DNA from: Haliotis rubra
Lineage: Eukaryota
Length of the DNA stretch: 64,000 bases
NCBI RefSeq assembly: GCF_003918875.1
Contig: NW_025767085.1
Location: forward strand, 682,001-746,000
Direction of reading: 5' to 3'
Made by a program: the position numbers and the translations under genes
Notes under the pieces: model-generated
What the model was told of the DNA's origin: nothing
Database searches by the model: none
What the model saw: the letters and a program-made list of their open reading frames with translations, nothing else
Shown: positions 39,255 through 51,255 of the stretch, one piece after another
How positions within the stretch are numbered: the stretch's first letter is position 1
How the letters are laid out: each line of letters begins with the position of its first letter

Positions 39255-39418
39255 AGTGATTGTGTTTAGTTTTACGCTGCTTTTAGCAATATTCCAGCAA
39301 TATCCCTGCGGGGGACACCAAAAATGGGCTTCACACATTGTACCCATATGGGAAATCAAACCTGGGCCTTCGGTGTGACGAGCGAACGCCTTAACCACTA
39401 GGCTACCCCAACTCCCCT
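39255..39418 (-). mobile_element. SINE family B
   Basis: Same consensus as 38018. Confidence 0.9.
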
Positions 39419-39496
39419 GCTTAGTGTAACCTTAAGGAAAGATATAGTACTACTCAAGTCTAACATACATAATGTCTTCCACGCACATCTCCACAG

Positions 39497-39630
39497 CCAT
39501 GTTGATACCTTCCTGGCGTGTAGGAGGAGTCTGCATGATGGCTGTGACAACATCTATACCACACCAACAGCATTGTTACTGTCGGAGGAGATGGTAACGA
39601 AGGATAAAGCTTTGTACTGTAGACCAAATG
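39497..39630 (+). CDS. Gene B exon 7 (second half of domain 3)
   Basis: tctccacag| ... |gtaaga; SHVDTFLACRRSLHDGC...LYCRPN; phase 2 to 1. Confidence 0.86.
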
Positions 39631-39929
39631 GTAAGATGTTTCATTCTTTGGCCATTTTACGGATGTGTTTACCACAGTGGTAATAATTTACAAATCCTAA
39701 ACACATATTCCGATGAATTTTTTTTCGTCATATTAGGATGAATTAATGAAGAGTTTAAGTCTTCTTTATAACAGTTCTAAAACAGAAACTGAAATGGTAT
39801 ACATTTGATGACGTCTTTGACATTCCGATGTTACCGTGGATAATAGGAAATCAAAATGCTTCTAACAAATTTGGAGAAATTGTCAAACCTTCGTTTTGAA
39901 AATTATTTCTATACATTTTATGTCATTAG

Positions 39930-40035
39930 GATCAAGTCCAAGCTATTTTTCATGTTTACAAAAACAGAAGTCTTGCGAATCACGACTTTATATAACGGGG
40001 GACATAGACAACACGGTGGTCCTGTATTACTGCAG
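39930..40035 (+). CDS. Gene B exon 8 (first half of domain 4)
   Basis: tcattag| ... |gtgagt; GSSPSYFSCLQKQKSC...YYC; paralogous to exon 4. Confidence 0.86.
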
Positions 40036-40904
40036 GTGAGTATACATATGTCCTGTCTCTATACAAGCTTTCATGACGTTAAAACAGCATGATTTTAGTA
40101 GCGTAACAATATATAGCTACCACACCCAGTAGAGGTCGACTGTTATTATTTTTAAATGATCTTGTTGGAAAAGCGATCGTGTTGACCTCCTGTCAGTTTA
40201 AGTCATAGCATGCATGGCTAGCTTCTTGCGTATTATGTGCAGGAGATCTTAACTTCAATGCAAAGCTAGGTTACCTGGAGAGGTGATGTTGGGCGTTCGG
40301 TTCTATGATCAATTTAGCCCTGGGACACTGCCGTTAACCTACTTCTACAATGAAAACAATCTCTTGTCACTCATTGCACAATGACAAAAATAAAATAGGA
40401 ATATGCTGGCGCTGAGTCAAATGTTTGGAGAAGGTTGTTGATAATAATTTAAACAAATACTGTTTTTAGTCTTCAAATAAAGTATGTCGCTGTATAAATC
40501 ATTGTGACGTTACATCAACATAGCTTACTCAGTTATATTGGCATTTAGAGTAGGGCATAGCAGAACTTATTAAACGCAACCACGAAGTTGTCACGCTTGA
40601 AAAGACGAAGTAAGACTTCAAATGTACTTTAAATCGGGACCAATATATGTCAGAGATAGATGCTGAAATTTAGTTTCTGCAGTCCCTAAAACATTGTCTA
40701 TGGTTATTTCTACAGCCTTTGTGGACAATCATTTCACGCTTTGGATTTTATAATTCTATACGGTGAATTCTGACTGATGAAAAGTACTATTCTTGGGTAT
40801 ATAGCTTGCGCGATGAATTGGCATTAGAGCTGCATATTGTGATTTGAAACCATTGTTGACCAATTAGAATTTTAGCATCCCCATTTGTCTTGTTTGAAAA
40901 TATT

Positions 40905-42620
40905 TCAGCAGCTCACAATAGCATTAAGTGAATATAAACGTTATCAACTTACAATGTCAATACTTGAATATGCAAGGTATCAGCTCACAACATCATTAAC
41001 AGAATATTAACATCATCAATTTACAATATCAGCACGTGGATATATCAAGGTACAATAGCATTAACTAAATATAAACGTCATCAACGGACAATATCAATAC
41101 TGGAATATATACTCAGCAGCAAAACAACGTCAGTACGAATTCAAAATTAGATAGGCACTGTAATCAAATCATTACAGAAATTGACATAATAAGCGGATCA
41201 AAACCATTTTTTGTGTACAGTATCTTGACACATCAATGGATAACTCAGCACAATTTCAAGACATTACATGAACGTTTGCAGTCCATTCAGACCCTTGACT
41301 TCAGTATCTAGTGTGACCACCACGAGCGGCAATAACTGCAGCACAGCGTCTATGCTAGAGTGCACCAATCGATTGATGAAGGCCATTGGCACCTGGAACC
41401 ACACTCTGAGAAAGGCCTGGCGCAATAAATCGCCTGTGTTCGGCATTGGTATGACATTATTCAGTCTTCTCTGAATTTCATCCCAAAGATATTCAATTGG
41501 GTTTAAATCAGGACTAAGGGCTGGCCACTGCATAATGTTGACACCGTTCTGCTGTAGAACGTCCTGTGTAGCTCTGGCAGTATGGGCCCGGGCGTTATCA
41601 TGCTGGAAAATGTTGTTCCGGTGACGTGCGAAATGTGGTATGACGTGGGGTCTGGAGAGCTTGGTCGATGTAGTGCACCGCTGTGATGCCGGCTCCTCTC
41701 CCTGGACCAAGGTTCTGGAACACCACAGGACCCACTCTCTGGTTCAGGCCTATTCCACCCCATACCATGATGCTTGCACCTCCTCATGAGTCTCTTTCCA
41801 TAACACATTGGTCTGAGTAACGCTGGCCACGTCGTCGCCATATTCTTGTTCTGCCATCTGCAGTTGATACGCAGTACCGACTCTCATCTGTGAACAGAAC
41901 AGTTCTCCATTGCCTGTATTGCCAGTTTTGGTGTTGTAGGGCAACTGTAGACGTTCACGCCGATGACGAGGGGTGAGGATAGGTTCACGGTGGTTCCCGC
42001 TGTTAAGACGTCGGCGTACTGTATCAGTACTGATTGGTCTTCCGTGTGTTCCCACTGTCTGGCGTGCTGTTTCGGATGCCTGCATGAAGGGATTCTGTAC
42101 ATGCTGTCGCACAACATGGCGGTCTTGTCGTCTTGTGGTCACCCTTGGTCTGCCAGTACAGGGGCGATCATTTGTGGTGTTGGTGGTCTTCCTAGCGCCT
42201 GGTTCCTCTGAACTGTCGTGAGTCGCGGCATCATGCTGACGTTGTAATGTGAATGCTTCAACTAGGTTTGGGGGTGCATTTAAAACAGCTGGTCCTTGTG
42301 AACAGCACGTGCAGCATGAGTTGCATGAAAAACATAGAGAACACCGTACCATCTCCGAGATCAGGTTGCGTTTTTGAGACCATTTCCTGCGTTCCACTCT
42401 GAGTTTGGGAAGGAATGTCTTTTCTCAGGTAAAGTTTGAGATGTTGTCAAAAATATACAACCAGAACGTTAAATGAGTTTACACTTATCCGTTTCTGCGA
42501 AGGAAAATTCCTAACTGACGTTTCTTTTGCTGCTAAGTATATAAAGGTATCAGCTCACAACAGGATTAACTGAATATAAACACTATCAGCTTACTACTTC
42601 CTCAATTGAATATAAAGAGT
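40905..42620. repeat. Degenerate minisatellite (about 70 bp) split by the Tc1 insertion
   Basis: CAGCTCACAA...ATTAA...AATATAAAC..ATCA units at 40908-41108 resume at 42540-42620. Confidence 0.7.
41110..42539 (-). mobile_element. Tc1/mariner element with TIRs in intron 8 of gene B
   Basis: TIR TACTCAGCAGCAAAA.AACGTCAGT / ACTGACGTTTCTTTTGCTGCTAAGTA; DRPCTGRPRVTT, FQHDNARAH, WPALSPDLNPIEYLW. Confidence 0.93.
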
Positions 42621-42832
42621 ATAAGTAATTATAGGACTGTTTGTTGTTAATTTCTGTCAAACCGGAATACATGTCTGCAACACCTTACCCTGTAGATGTC
42701 AGGCTGCACTTTATTTAGAGCGGTGATGGCGTATTTAAGCATACAAAGCACTTGTCGTCACATCTAATGTCTGGATTCGAAGTTTGAGTTTGTCGACAGC
42801 ATGGAGGATTATTAGTGTTGGATTTTATTCAG

Positions 42833-42960
42833 GTCACTAGTCGAATACAGGACGTGTCTGTCACGTGACCTGGCACCCTGTCAGCAGGATGCCATCAATC
42901 TACCGGCACTATTGGCCTCGACCACGACCAACTTCACACGGACTTGTTCTGGCATCAATA
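42833..42960 (+). CDS. Gene B exon 9 (second half of domain 4)
   Basis: tttattcag| ... |gtgagg; RSLVEYRTCLSRDLAPCQQ...RTCSGIN; paralogous to exon 5. Confidence 0.86.
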
Positions 42961-43499
42961 GTGAGGCGCATTTTCATTTATCTGATTATAACAAGCATGA
43001 GATGTCATGAGTTTTGTGTTTGTTGTGGGTCTGTGTTTGTTGGTGAGGTAGTGAGGTGTGTTTAGGGACAAGTATTATGTGTAGTAGTTAGGTTTTTGTT
43101 TAGTGGTGAAGTGGGAAGGTTTGTGTGTGGTAGTGAGGTGAAGAAGTTTGTCTTTGGTTGTGACGCATATATTTGGATGATGAGATTACTTCTTTGTGGT
43201 GAGATTTTTGTTTGGGGGTGAGACTGAGAGGGTTTTGCTTGGTTGACAAATGTGTGTTTTGCTGTGAGGCATTTGGAATGTTCAGGTGTGTTATTTGGTT
43301 GTGACGTGGTGAGGTTTGTATCAAACTGCTCCGCAGTGTCTCACGGGCATACTAGAACATGTGATCATGAGTTTGTATGCCTCAATTATGTTTCTGTATC
43401 AGTATCAACCCCAGATCATGGGTTTCGCGATGTGAAACACATCTGAAAACTGCATCTCTTAGGAGATAGAGGGGCGCTATATTGCAAGTTTTCGTTGTT

Positions 43500-44150
43500 G
43501 CTAAAACATTGTTCAAGAAGTGTCAGGTCCAGCGTTGTTATTCAAGAATGTCGGGCGACGACAAGAGGATGGTTATCAAAATGTGGCACGACTGCTGCAT
43601 CCATAACTTCCTGTCGATAACGTTGACCATTTAGTGTCTCGGATCCTGTAATGCAGGCAGTCGAAAGGCATCCGCACACCGTAAGTGAGCCACCACCAAA
43701 GGGTTCAGCTGCATGAGTCACCTCCTGATGAGTGACAAATAAGCGACTAAGACCGCCGGTAACGCGTAGAAGGTAGCGACTTTCATCAGACCAATGAACA
43801 TTAGTTCAAGTGTTGTTCTCAAGTTGCGGTTTTCTTGGAGCGTTCTGTCTGTGCCTAGCTGTGAAGAACAGATGTCTGTTCGGACGACGAGTCCTCAAGC
43901 CAGCAGCCCGCTTCCTGAATCAGATGGTACTGTTGGAAAGTCTCTCCGACTCTCAATCCTCGGCGCAGTTCTGCAGAAGTCATTGTATTGCGTCTTGTCA
44001 GACCAATTAGGACTCTGTCATCACAGTTATTGGTCTTCCATGCTCTTCCGTGCCTTGGGCGATCCTTTATTACATCGGCATTGTGTAGAAAACTGTGCTG
44101 CACATATTGCAAGTATAAAATTTATGCCTCAATGTGCACGGCGCACATGA
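43500..44150 (-). mobile_element. Degraded Tc1/mariner transposase fragment
   Basis: KDRPRHGRAWKT...DRVLIGLTRRNTMTSAELRR; GGGSLTV and SPDI motifs downstream. Confidence 0.7.
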
Positions 44151-45103
44151 ACCCATAGGAAAGAAAGTTTTTTATGGATGTCAACTTCTTTATCATGAGT
44201 AACACAACGTTTCGGAGTACATTTTACCCCTCCATCAGAACCAATAGCTTTTGAGATATTGTGTTATATACAATATATATAACGCGTGCTTTACATGCAT
44301 TTCAGTATGCTTGGGTAGCATTGCCTGTTCAGACCAAAAGTTTGAATATTGTCCAATGATTCAGATGGTGTTTAATCAATGCCCATCTGTATAGACTGAG
44401 ATACTAAGCGGTAGTGCTTGTCGTAAAGGGTATCTATCTGGGTTAGTGGTCAGGCTCGGTAGCCAGGGTCATAGCTTGCCCATCGGCGTGGGACGTACAT
44501 ATCAATGTGAAGGTGATCGCGACATATTGAGCTTGTTTGCAGATATTGGTATCGTTTGAATGCGGGAATGTGTCCTTCGCACATGTCCCATACATAACAC
44601 GCTGACGGAGGTATTACCTTTCAACCATGCGCGACAGCCGACGTGTGAAAATCGCAATTCAATATACTGAAAAAAACATGAAATAGACGGAACACTAACC
44701 AGTGAGATGTGATACAAGCGAATGAATATTCATTATCATTAACGTACATATTAAAATAGGGTACATGATTGCCTGCACAATTAAAGTATTGACGCTTGTC
44801 GATGACGAATGTTGTATGTGTTATAGCCTTCAGCAATCCGATTGCTTAATGGTGCATGTCTTTGTCGTCTACTGCTAGCATGTTGATGACATCCTGTAGA
44901 TACGTATGTGTCATCTATCATCATCATCATCATCGTCATCTACTTTCTTGTGAATTTTACATATCATCATTACAAATAACACGACATTTTATGGGAATCA
45001 TTTGTGATTTACGCCTTATCCCAAAAGAGCGTTAGTTACTAGATTCCCAATAAGAGACATACAACTCTATAACTATATTCATCTAGTTTTATCTATGTTT
45101 CAG

Positions 45104-45130
45104 TTTATGCTGGAGTCCGGGAAATGTGCT
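45104..45130 (+). CDS. Gene B exon 10 (27-nt microexon IYAGVREMC)
   Basis: tatgtttcag| ... |gtaagt; symmetric phase 1-1. Confidence 0.65.
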
Positions 45131-45570
45131 GTAAGTAATACAATTACATAAACGTAACTTATTATGTCTGTGTAATGAATCCATATATTAACCTGAAGTC
45201 AGAAAATCAGGATAAACGATGCATTATTGTACACATATCTCACCACTAAAAGACAATCCATATGCTACGTATAAAGGAATAAAATAATATATCAAGATGT
45301 AAATCCACTTTAAGTGCTGATGTAAATAAGATATTTTATTTACTCTTTATTGCTCACCCAAGAAGCAATCAACCGTCAAGATAACACCTTTATTACACTA
45401 TGTACAATAACATCACGTGCGAAACAGGACTATATTGGTCAATGGCCTTGTTAGTACCACTGCGCAACCGTTAGATATTTGTTGAAATAAATCCGTAATT
45501 TAAACGTCATCTAATGGGGACCCTTTGAGAAACATATAGATATATACGTTATAAACTTCCCTTTTTGCAG

Positions 45571-45629
45571 GTTCACCGATTATGCTGCTGTTGACGTTGG
45601 CTGTTGTATTGGTATACGTCGCTTCCTGA
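45571..45629 (+). CDS. Gene B exon 11 (hydrophobic C-terminal GPI-signal-like tail and stop)
   Basis: cttccctttttgcag|; CSPIMLLLTLAVVLVYVAS-TGA. Confidence 0.82.
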
Positions 45630-46114
45630 CGTAACCAGGCATTGAAGCGGAATTCCATATAGAACTGCTTATGTATAGCATTGTCATTACCCCCTGTATC
45701 AGGTGTGCTGCCGACTACATTGGGTTGAACTTCCTTTGGCATAGTTCAGACAGCTGCCTTCGAAACACCTAGAGCTCGATATGTCAAGTCAGTTTTCCGT
45801 TGTACAGAGTCAGGGTTGAATGTTCCAGTGTGTGAAGCAGACCATTTTAAGTCAAAATTTAAAGGGGTAAGGATATCTGTTTAAGACCAGCAACACATAC
45901 TTTGTATTTGATCTGAAAAAGAAAAGAACTTTCTTTTTTCCAGCTCATATTATGCCTGTTCAAAACTTTTGCAGTTTCTAATATCAAAGGAAGATATGAT
46001 ATATTCACTATATGTGTTCGTTCCCATGTTTACATTCAGTTATATATATTCATAGTGAAGAAAATTGACAAATAGGTAAATACATTAGTAGTGATTGTAT
46101 CTGTGAGTACTGGG

Positions 46115-46183
46115 AATAAAGGGAGCCATTTGTGGTTGAAATTCTCCATATCATTGTTTTTCATTGCAGAAAATTTAAATAAA
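46115..46183 (+). terminator. Candidate polyadenylation signals for gene B
   Basis: AATAAA at 46115 and 46178, about 0.5 kb after the stop codon. Confidence 0.4.
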
Positions 46184-46189
46184 TATGTC

Positions 46190-46640
46190 TTTCAAAGATT
46201 CTAGGATATTATCATATTTTGGATTATGTTTTTTATACAACATGAAGTGTTGTACTTCATCATTGTTTGTCAGTGCAGCTAACGTTTAATAAATATATCT
46301 TTCAAAAGTTTTAGAAAATTATTTTTGGGAGTATATTTTTATAGCATAAACATGGATGTATCTTTGTCAGCTGTTATTGTGTGATTTAATAATCTATGCA
46401 TGCTTGCTCAAGATCAGGCATTTTGATAATTGATTTTGAAAGGTAAACATTTATTATGCCAGATTTCAAGATTATTCCCAAATATTTGTGTTTCCATCAA
46501 TCCCAGTACAAGTGACAAAGTCTCTTTGTCTTTGCAGAAGCAACACAAAATATTATCAACAAATTTCATCTTAAATATTTTACTTTTGCAGCAAACAATA
46601 CACAAAGTTGTACTTATTCCAAAGATACACTTACAAGCAT
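46190..46640 (-). mobile_element. L1/Tx1-like LINE ORF2 C-terminal (zf-RVT-like) fragment
   Basis: FKMKFVDNILCCFCKDKETL; similar to 58260-58720. Confidence 0.6.
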
Positions 46641-46651
46641 TCCTCACGAGT

Positions 46652-46896
46652 GACCCGTGAAGGTCCGGCTTAGAACGTACCTTCAGTAACCCATGCTTGT
46701 CGTAAGAGGCGACTAATGGGATCGCGTGGTCAGACTCGCTGACTTGGTTGACACATGTCATCGGTTCCCAATTGCGCATATCGATGCTCATGATGTTGAT
46801 CACTGGATTGTCTGGTCCAGACTCGATTATTTACAGACCGCCGCCATATAGCTGGAATATTGCTGAGTGCGGCGTAAAACTAAACTCACTCACTCA
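46652..46896 (+). mobile_element. SINE family A, full length with TSD
   Basis: Flanked by CTCACGAGT; near-identical to 32404-32673. Confidence 0.93.
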
Positions 46897-47731
46897 CGAG
46901 TCAACTTAATCCTACAGTAAATATTGCACCGCTGTGGAACATGGCATGATAACGAGGTTCAGAGGAACTACCCGTTTTTATTTGTATGTTAATTGTAGAT
47001 TGGGGCAGTAGCAAACTTGTGTTAGATGTAATACAATCTGTGTACATGTACATAGATGGGGTCAGTTGTATAGTAGCACAGACTATCAGCATCGCTTTCT
47101 TGTGGGTAATCACCTATAAGACGGATCTCACGCTGTTTAATTTCATCGGCTTTGCTTAAGGCCTCAATACTCTAGCATGGTGTATTGATTAGTGTTAATA
47201 AATTCTTCAATACCAATTTGGTGTATGTTTATTAATGCGCCTTACTCCAATCGGTCTGTCTATGTATATTTTCTCCAGGTCATGAGAAACTACGCCATTA
47301 AACCCCAGTTTGACACTGTCACGACAATAACTTGACTTGGCTTTACTCCAGCGTTGGTGAAGTAATCATTTGTAGCGCACTGACATGTTAGATTTGGGAT
47401 TTACACTTTTTCAGTAAGTACAGATCTAGTACATTTGGGGGCTGAATTCCATTCGGGATTTGAACCCAGACTCTCAGAATGAGACACCTAATGAAACATT
47501 ATGTAATATTTGTATACTACATATTTCACATGATACATTCGAGCACTTTCTAACATTCACTGTGTATCCAGCGTGGTGACACTATCCAGCCCGAGTAGTA
47601 TACTATATGGCAAAAGTTGACTATTTGTCAAACGAATTTTCAGATATTGAATAATAAAACCTCTTAAAACTGTCACCCATTAGAAGCAGCAAAAACCAGA
47701 AAAAACCCCAAACAAAACAAACGCAACCCCC

Positions 47732-47763
<32 letters not shown>

Positions 47764-50327
47764 TTAAAAAAAAATTAAAAAAATAAAATAATATAGTTGC
47801 AAGCAACGATAAGGGCTCCTCGGTCGTAATACAATCTAGCCATTTGTATCTGTCACGTACTTGTGACAATATTAATGGCTACAGTTAGTATGGATCGTGT
47901 CACTGTGAGTAATGATAAATACTTCAGTCATTAACTGTAAATTCTTATGGTCGAGGGTTAGATACAAAGCATTGTGTGGTATGGTTTGGATAATGATACT
48001 TGTGGCTTCGGAAACAGATGCTGACTTTAATATAACTTCAACGGAATAAGCATACTGGTTTCAGGTTGCAAATTATTTATTTGTTTTAACTGAATAAATG
48101 ACATCACCGCCAATTATGACAATGTTTTGCTTCTATGTGAAAGTTTTTGAACTGAGAGTACTAAGCGTCCTGTAAGTTTAGATTAGTTTATAGAAATCTT
48201 CCATACTTGGATCTGAAGTTAAGAATATCATTTGGTGTCTAGGGGGAAAATAGGAATGTCAAGACAGAACAACCTGTTCAAACCGTCAAAATAACACACC
48301 CAAAAACCCGACACTTTGGTAATCTTAGCTAACAAAGGTGCAAGATTCACACTGTGATTCACATAACATTAATCAAAACAAATCTGTCTCTCAAAAAAAC
48401 CCCAGAACAAATGTTTCCAGTGATCTAACTTCAAGAACATTTAGGAAAATTACCCTGGAATTTGTTGATATACTTAAATTGTTACCGAGCTTGTGATGAA
48501 TCTTGGAAATTCCACACCACCAGCACAAACATCGAACCAGTCCAGTTGGATAGACGTCATTCACTGTATTCACTTGGGTGGTTCAACTGGTGTAAATTTG
48601 ACTTAAAATATTCATATCAGTTCCAGCTGAATGTTCATTACATTGGCACTATAACCCAAATGAATTTGGTTGTGATTTCTTGAAATAAGACCAACAGAAT
48701 TAATAGCAACTGTTTCTGTTCCAATAACAAGATTTTGCAATTTCATCAGCAAAAATATACGTCAGGTACTAGAAATATTAAATCTGGTGAGACATTTTGG
48801 TTCAAAGTACCGTCCACAAAGTATTTTATATGCCTAATAAACGCCGAATAAAATGTCAGGACTATTTACTGTTTCTACGGTTACAGGTCAGCAAAACAAG
48901 ACTGAGGGCGGGTGTCAAACTTAAAGTCTGTAATACGATGGAAACAGTATATGAACACAATGCATAGTCAACAAGGCTTGCGCCGTTTTCCTTTGAAACA
49001 TGTATATGCCCCATGTTCGTCACCTGTGAATCGTCCATTAACTATATGTACTGCAAATGTACAACACAAATAAATAATGAGATGTAGATATAGATGTAGA
49101 TGTTATGAACATGTGACTGCATACTTACCTATTAGTTTTCAAGTGCTATCGATGCTGACACGGTGAATAAGCGTGTGCAACTTGCCTGCGTCTGTGAGGA
49201 ATCGATAACAGACAGCGCGAGTACCTGCTTGAAAGAGCGGCCATAATCGTCCTCGCACTTTCCTTCAGACTGTCGCATGTTTTGCACGGGTACTCTGCCG
49301 TGCTGTAAATGTCGATGAAACTTTAAAAAATTCGGCAATGTATCCCTGGGCCGTCGGTGATATAAAGAAGTCCCTATTTTATTAAATCTGTGCAAACTTT
49401 GGGGTTCTGAGTGTAAGTATTATTTATCATGACTGGTACGTTGTTAACAGTCTGTTTGCGTGATTTTTGGTGTGGTGTGCCTCGAGTTGTGGGTCAGTTT
49501 GCTTAGCACTCTTTTTCTTTCATTTGGGGCAGGTCTCAAATAGGTTTTTTTCCTTTTAGCTCCCATACACACGGATAATGTTGAACGCCGTAGCGCTTGC
49601 AGTGACTTTTGACATAGTACCAAGAACAGAAAATGTTCAGCAACCAAAGGCCACTTCAGAGCAAGCGTTTAAAGTGTTGTATGTGCTACGTTTGGTTTGG
49701 CACAAAATGGCAAAGAAGCCCGTGGAAGTTTTTAAAGACAAGTTTTGCCCAGAAGTAGCGTCCAATATGGCAGCCATCATATCCACATAGCCACATTTGA
49801 CGATGCTACTGTGTAGTAAGGTGCATAGACACAAAGTATGCAAAGTTTGAAAGCCGTAGCTCTTGTAGTTTCAGTGCAGCACATTTTGGGAGGTAAGCAG
49901 TCAGGATTTTGCTGAAAAACATCACCCAAAACTTCAATCCAACATAGAGGCCAAACGGTGCATTTTAGCGACTCGACCCGTCCAGGCGAAATTGTAGACA
50001 TTTTGATTGCGCATCTGCTCAAGACATTTGGTAGTCATTGGATCAGTAGTTTTGCAGATATTTGCTGCTGAAATTGAATTTTTTAAATTAATTTTGAATT
50101 ATCTGCCCTTTGCTATTGGGCATAGAACCTTGAGATTTTTGCAGAAACAACTTCAGCACTGTGGACACCATGGGAATTTTTTTCAAGCGATTCTATCCAC
50201 TGGTGTTCTTTGTAGGAGTGGTACAAAATTCGTCGGAATAATAAATAATAATAATAATAAAAACATTATGAATTACAATAGGTCTCCTGCTTAGCAGCAA
50301 GGAGCCCTAAAAAAACAACAACAAACG

Positions 50328-51255
50328 AATATGACCGGCAAAACACCTAGCAAATGCAGCATCGTAATCAAAGGGTACGAACAGAAACTCAAACAGAAAG
50401 CTAATGATGCTCATATAGTGCTGGCGACTTCATCTGAACAAGTTACTGTTATTGTTTCCATGGAATTGAAGCACTGTCTGTCATTTAATTCAGTGTTCAA
50501 TAATCACACATGTATCCTCTGTCTTTTTATTTGTGTGTGGAAAGGGTGTTTTAGGCTGGAAAACGTTTGCCTAATCTATTTGATCTTTTATGTCAATAAA
50601 ATATGTTTAAAACAAATTACTATCGGTATATGGAACTTCTTCGTTCGATAATCAATGCAAGTTAACGTGACACACAGCCAATAAGCACATGCGTTAAAAT
50701 ATCCAATTATCCAGTTATGATAGCATGAGAAATTCGTTACCTTCAAAGTTTCTGAGCACAAAGGTAATCGCGATATGAGTTGCTTGTCATTCTCTGAATA
50801 TGTTTGAAAGATATTTTATTGACATAAAAGATCCAATGGATTGCTCTAAGATTCTCTGAATGACAACCGTGACCACGAACAACTTCCAGGCAACGTCTCT
50901 TGTGTGTCATGAAATCTCAAGGATAAATATCAACAGGCAGACAATTTATTAACATTGACAAAAACGTTTGTATCACATTATGTCCTTTAAAATACAATTT
51001 GTAATGTAAAAATATGTGATACTGTCTCTGTTTGAAAGCATGTTAATTGTCACTCAAGGGAAAGGTGTAACTAAATTCGAAATAAAGCATATGACTTAAC
51101 ATAAATGAAAATCAGCCTTGGTTTACGGGTTCCATGTGGTGAATGTAGACATTTATTGCGCAAAGGTATATTGGAAACGACATTCGAAAAAACAGCACTA
51201 TTTGACAAAAATACTTTAAATAATGTATAACATGAGGTTCAAGGTCATTGGTCTC
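50328..51255 (+). repeat. Dispersed about 0.9-kb repeat, copy 1
   Basis: Colinear with 63100-63960 (ATGACCGGCAAAACACC...GAGGTTCAAGGTCA.TGGTCTC). Confidence 0.88.

Larger units (their letters stand above)
20689..45629 (+). other. Gene B: 11-coding-exon gene for a 337-aa secreted, probably GPI-anchored protein with four tandem six-Cys (neuritin/RGM-N-like) domains
   Basis: Exons 20689-20725, 34283-34385, 35609-35721, 36773-36860, 37296-37411, 38270-38372, 39497-39630, 39930-40035, 42833-42960, 45104-45130 and 45571-45629 join through GT-AG introns with matching phases into one 1014-nt ORF: MSWALLLTFALTGLIFGDNCVEDSVCLDSLYLAVINLQSGDFSGYCRNSESYVACSETSLVGCNRKTSNLVKHTRNTQAVYCASGSNPGYLECQTRRSVCEAIYDQFQSLSLCSDLDRYVVCVLRDLSSCHQSTFNTTSMTQALKESATLSCGAGNASCAVQYIMCQTTSLLVTQSLEVNNLDGFCSHVDTFLACRRSLHDGCDNIYTTPTALLLSEEMVTKDKALYCRPNGSSPSYFSCLQKQKSCESRLYITGDIDNTVVLYYCRSLVEYRTCLSRDLAPCQQDAINLPALLASTTTNFTRTCSGINIYAGVREMCCSPIMLLLTLAVVLVYVAS*. 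Confidence 0.88.

Noticed and set aside
49129-49400. Possible minus-strand exon ending AG|GTAAGT
   Set aside because: No partner exons or recognisable protein features found.
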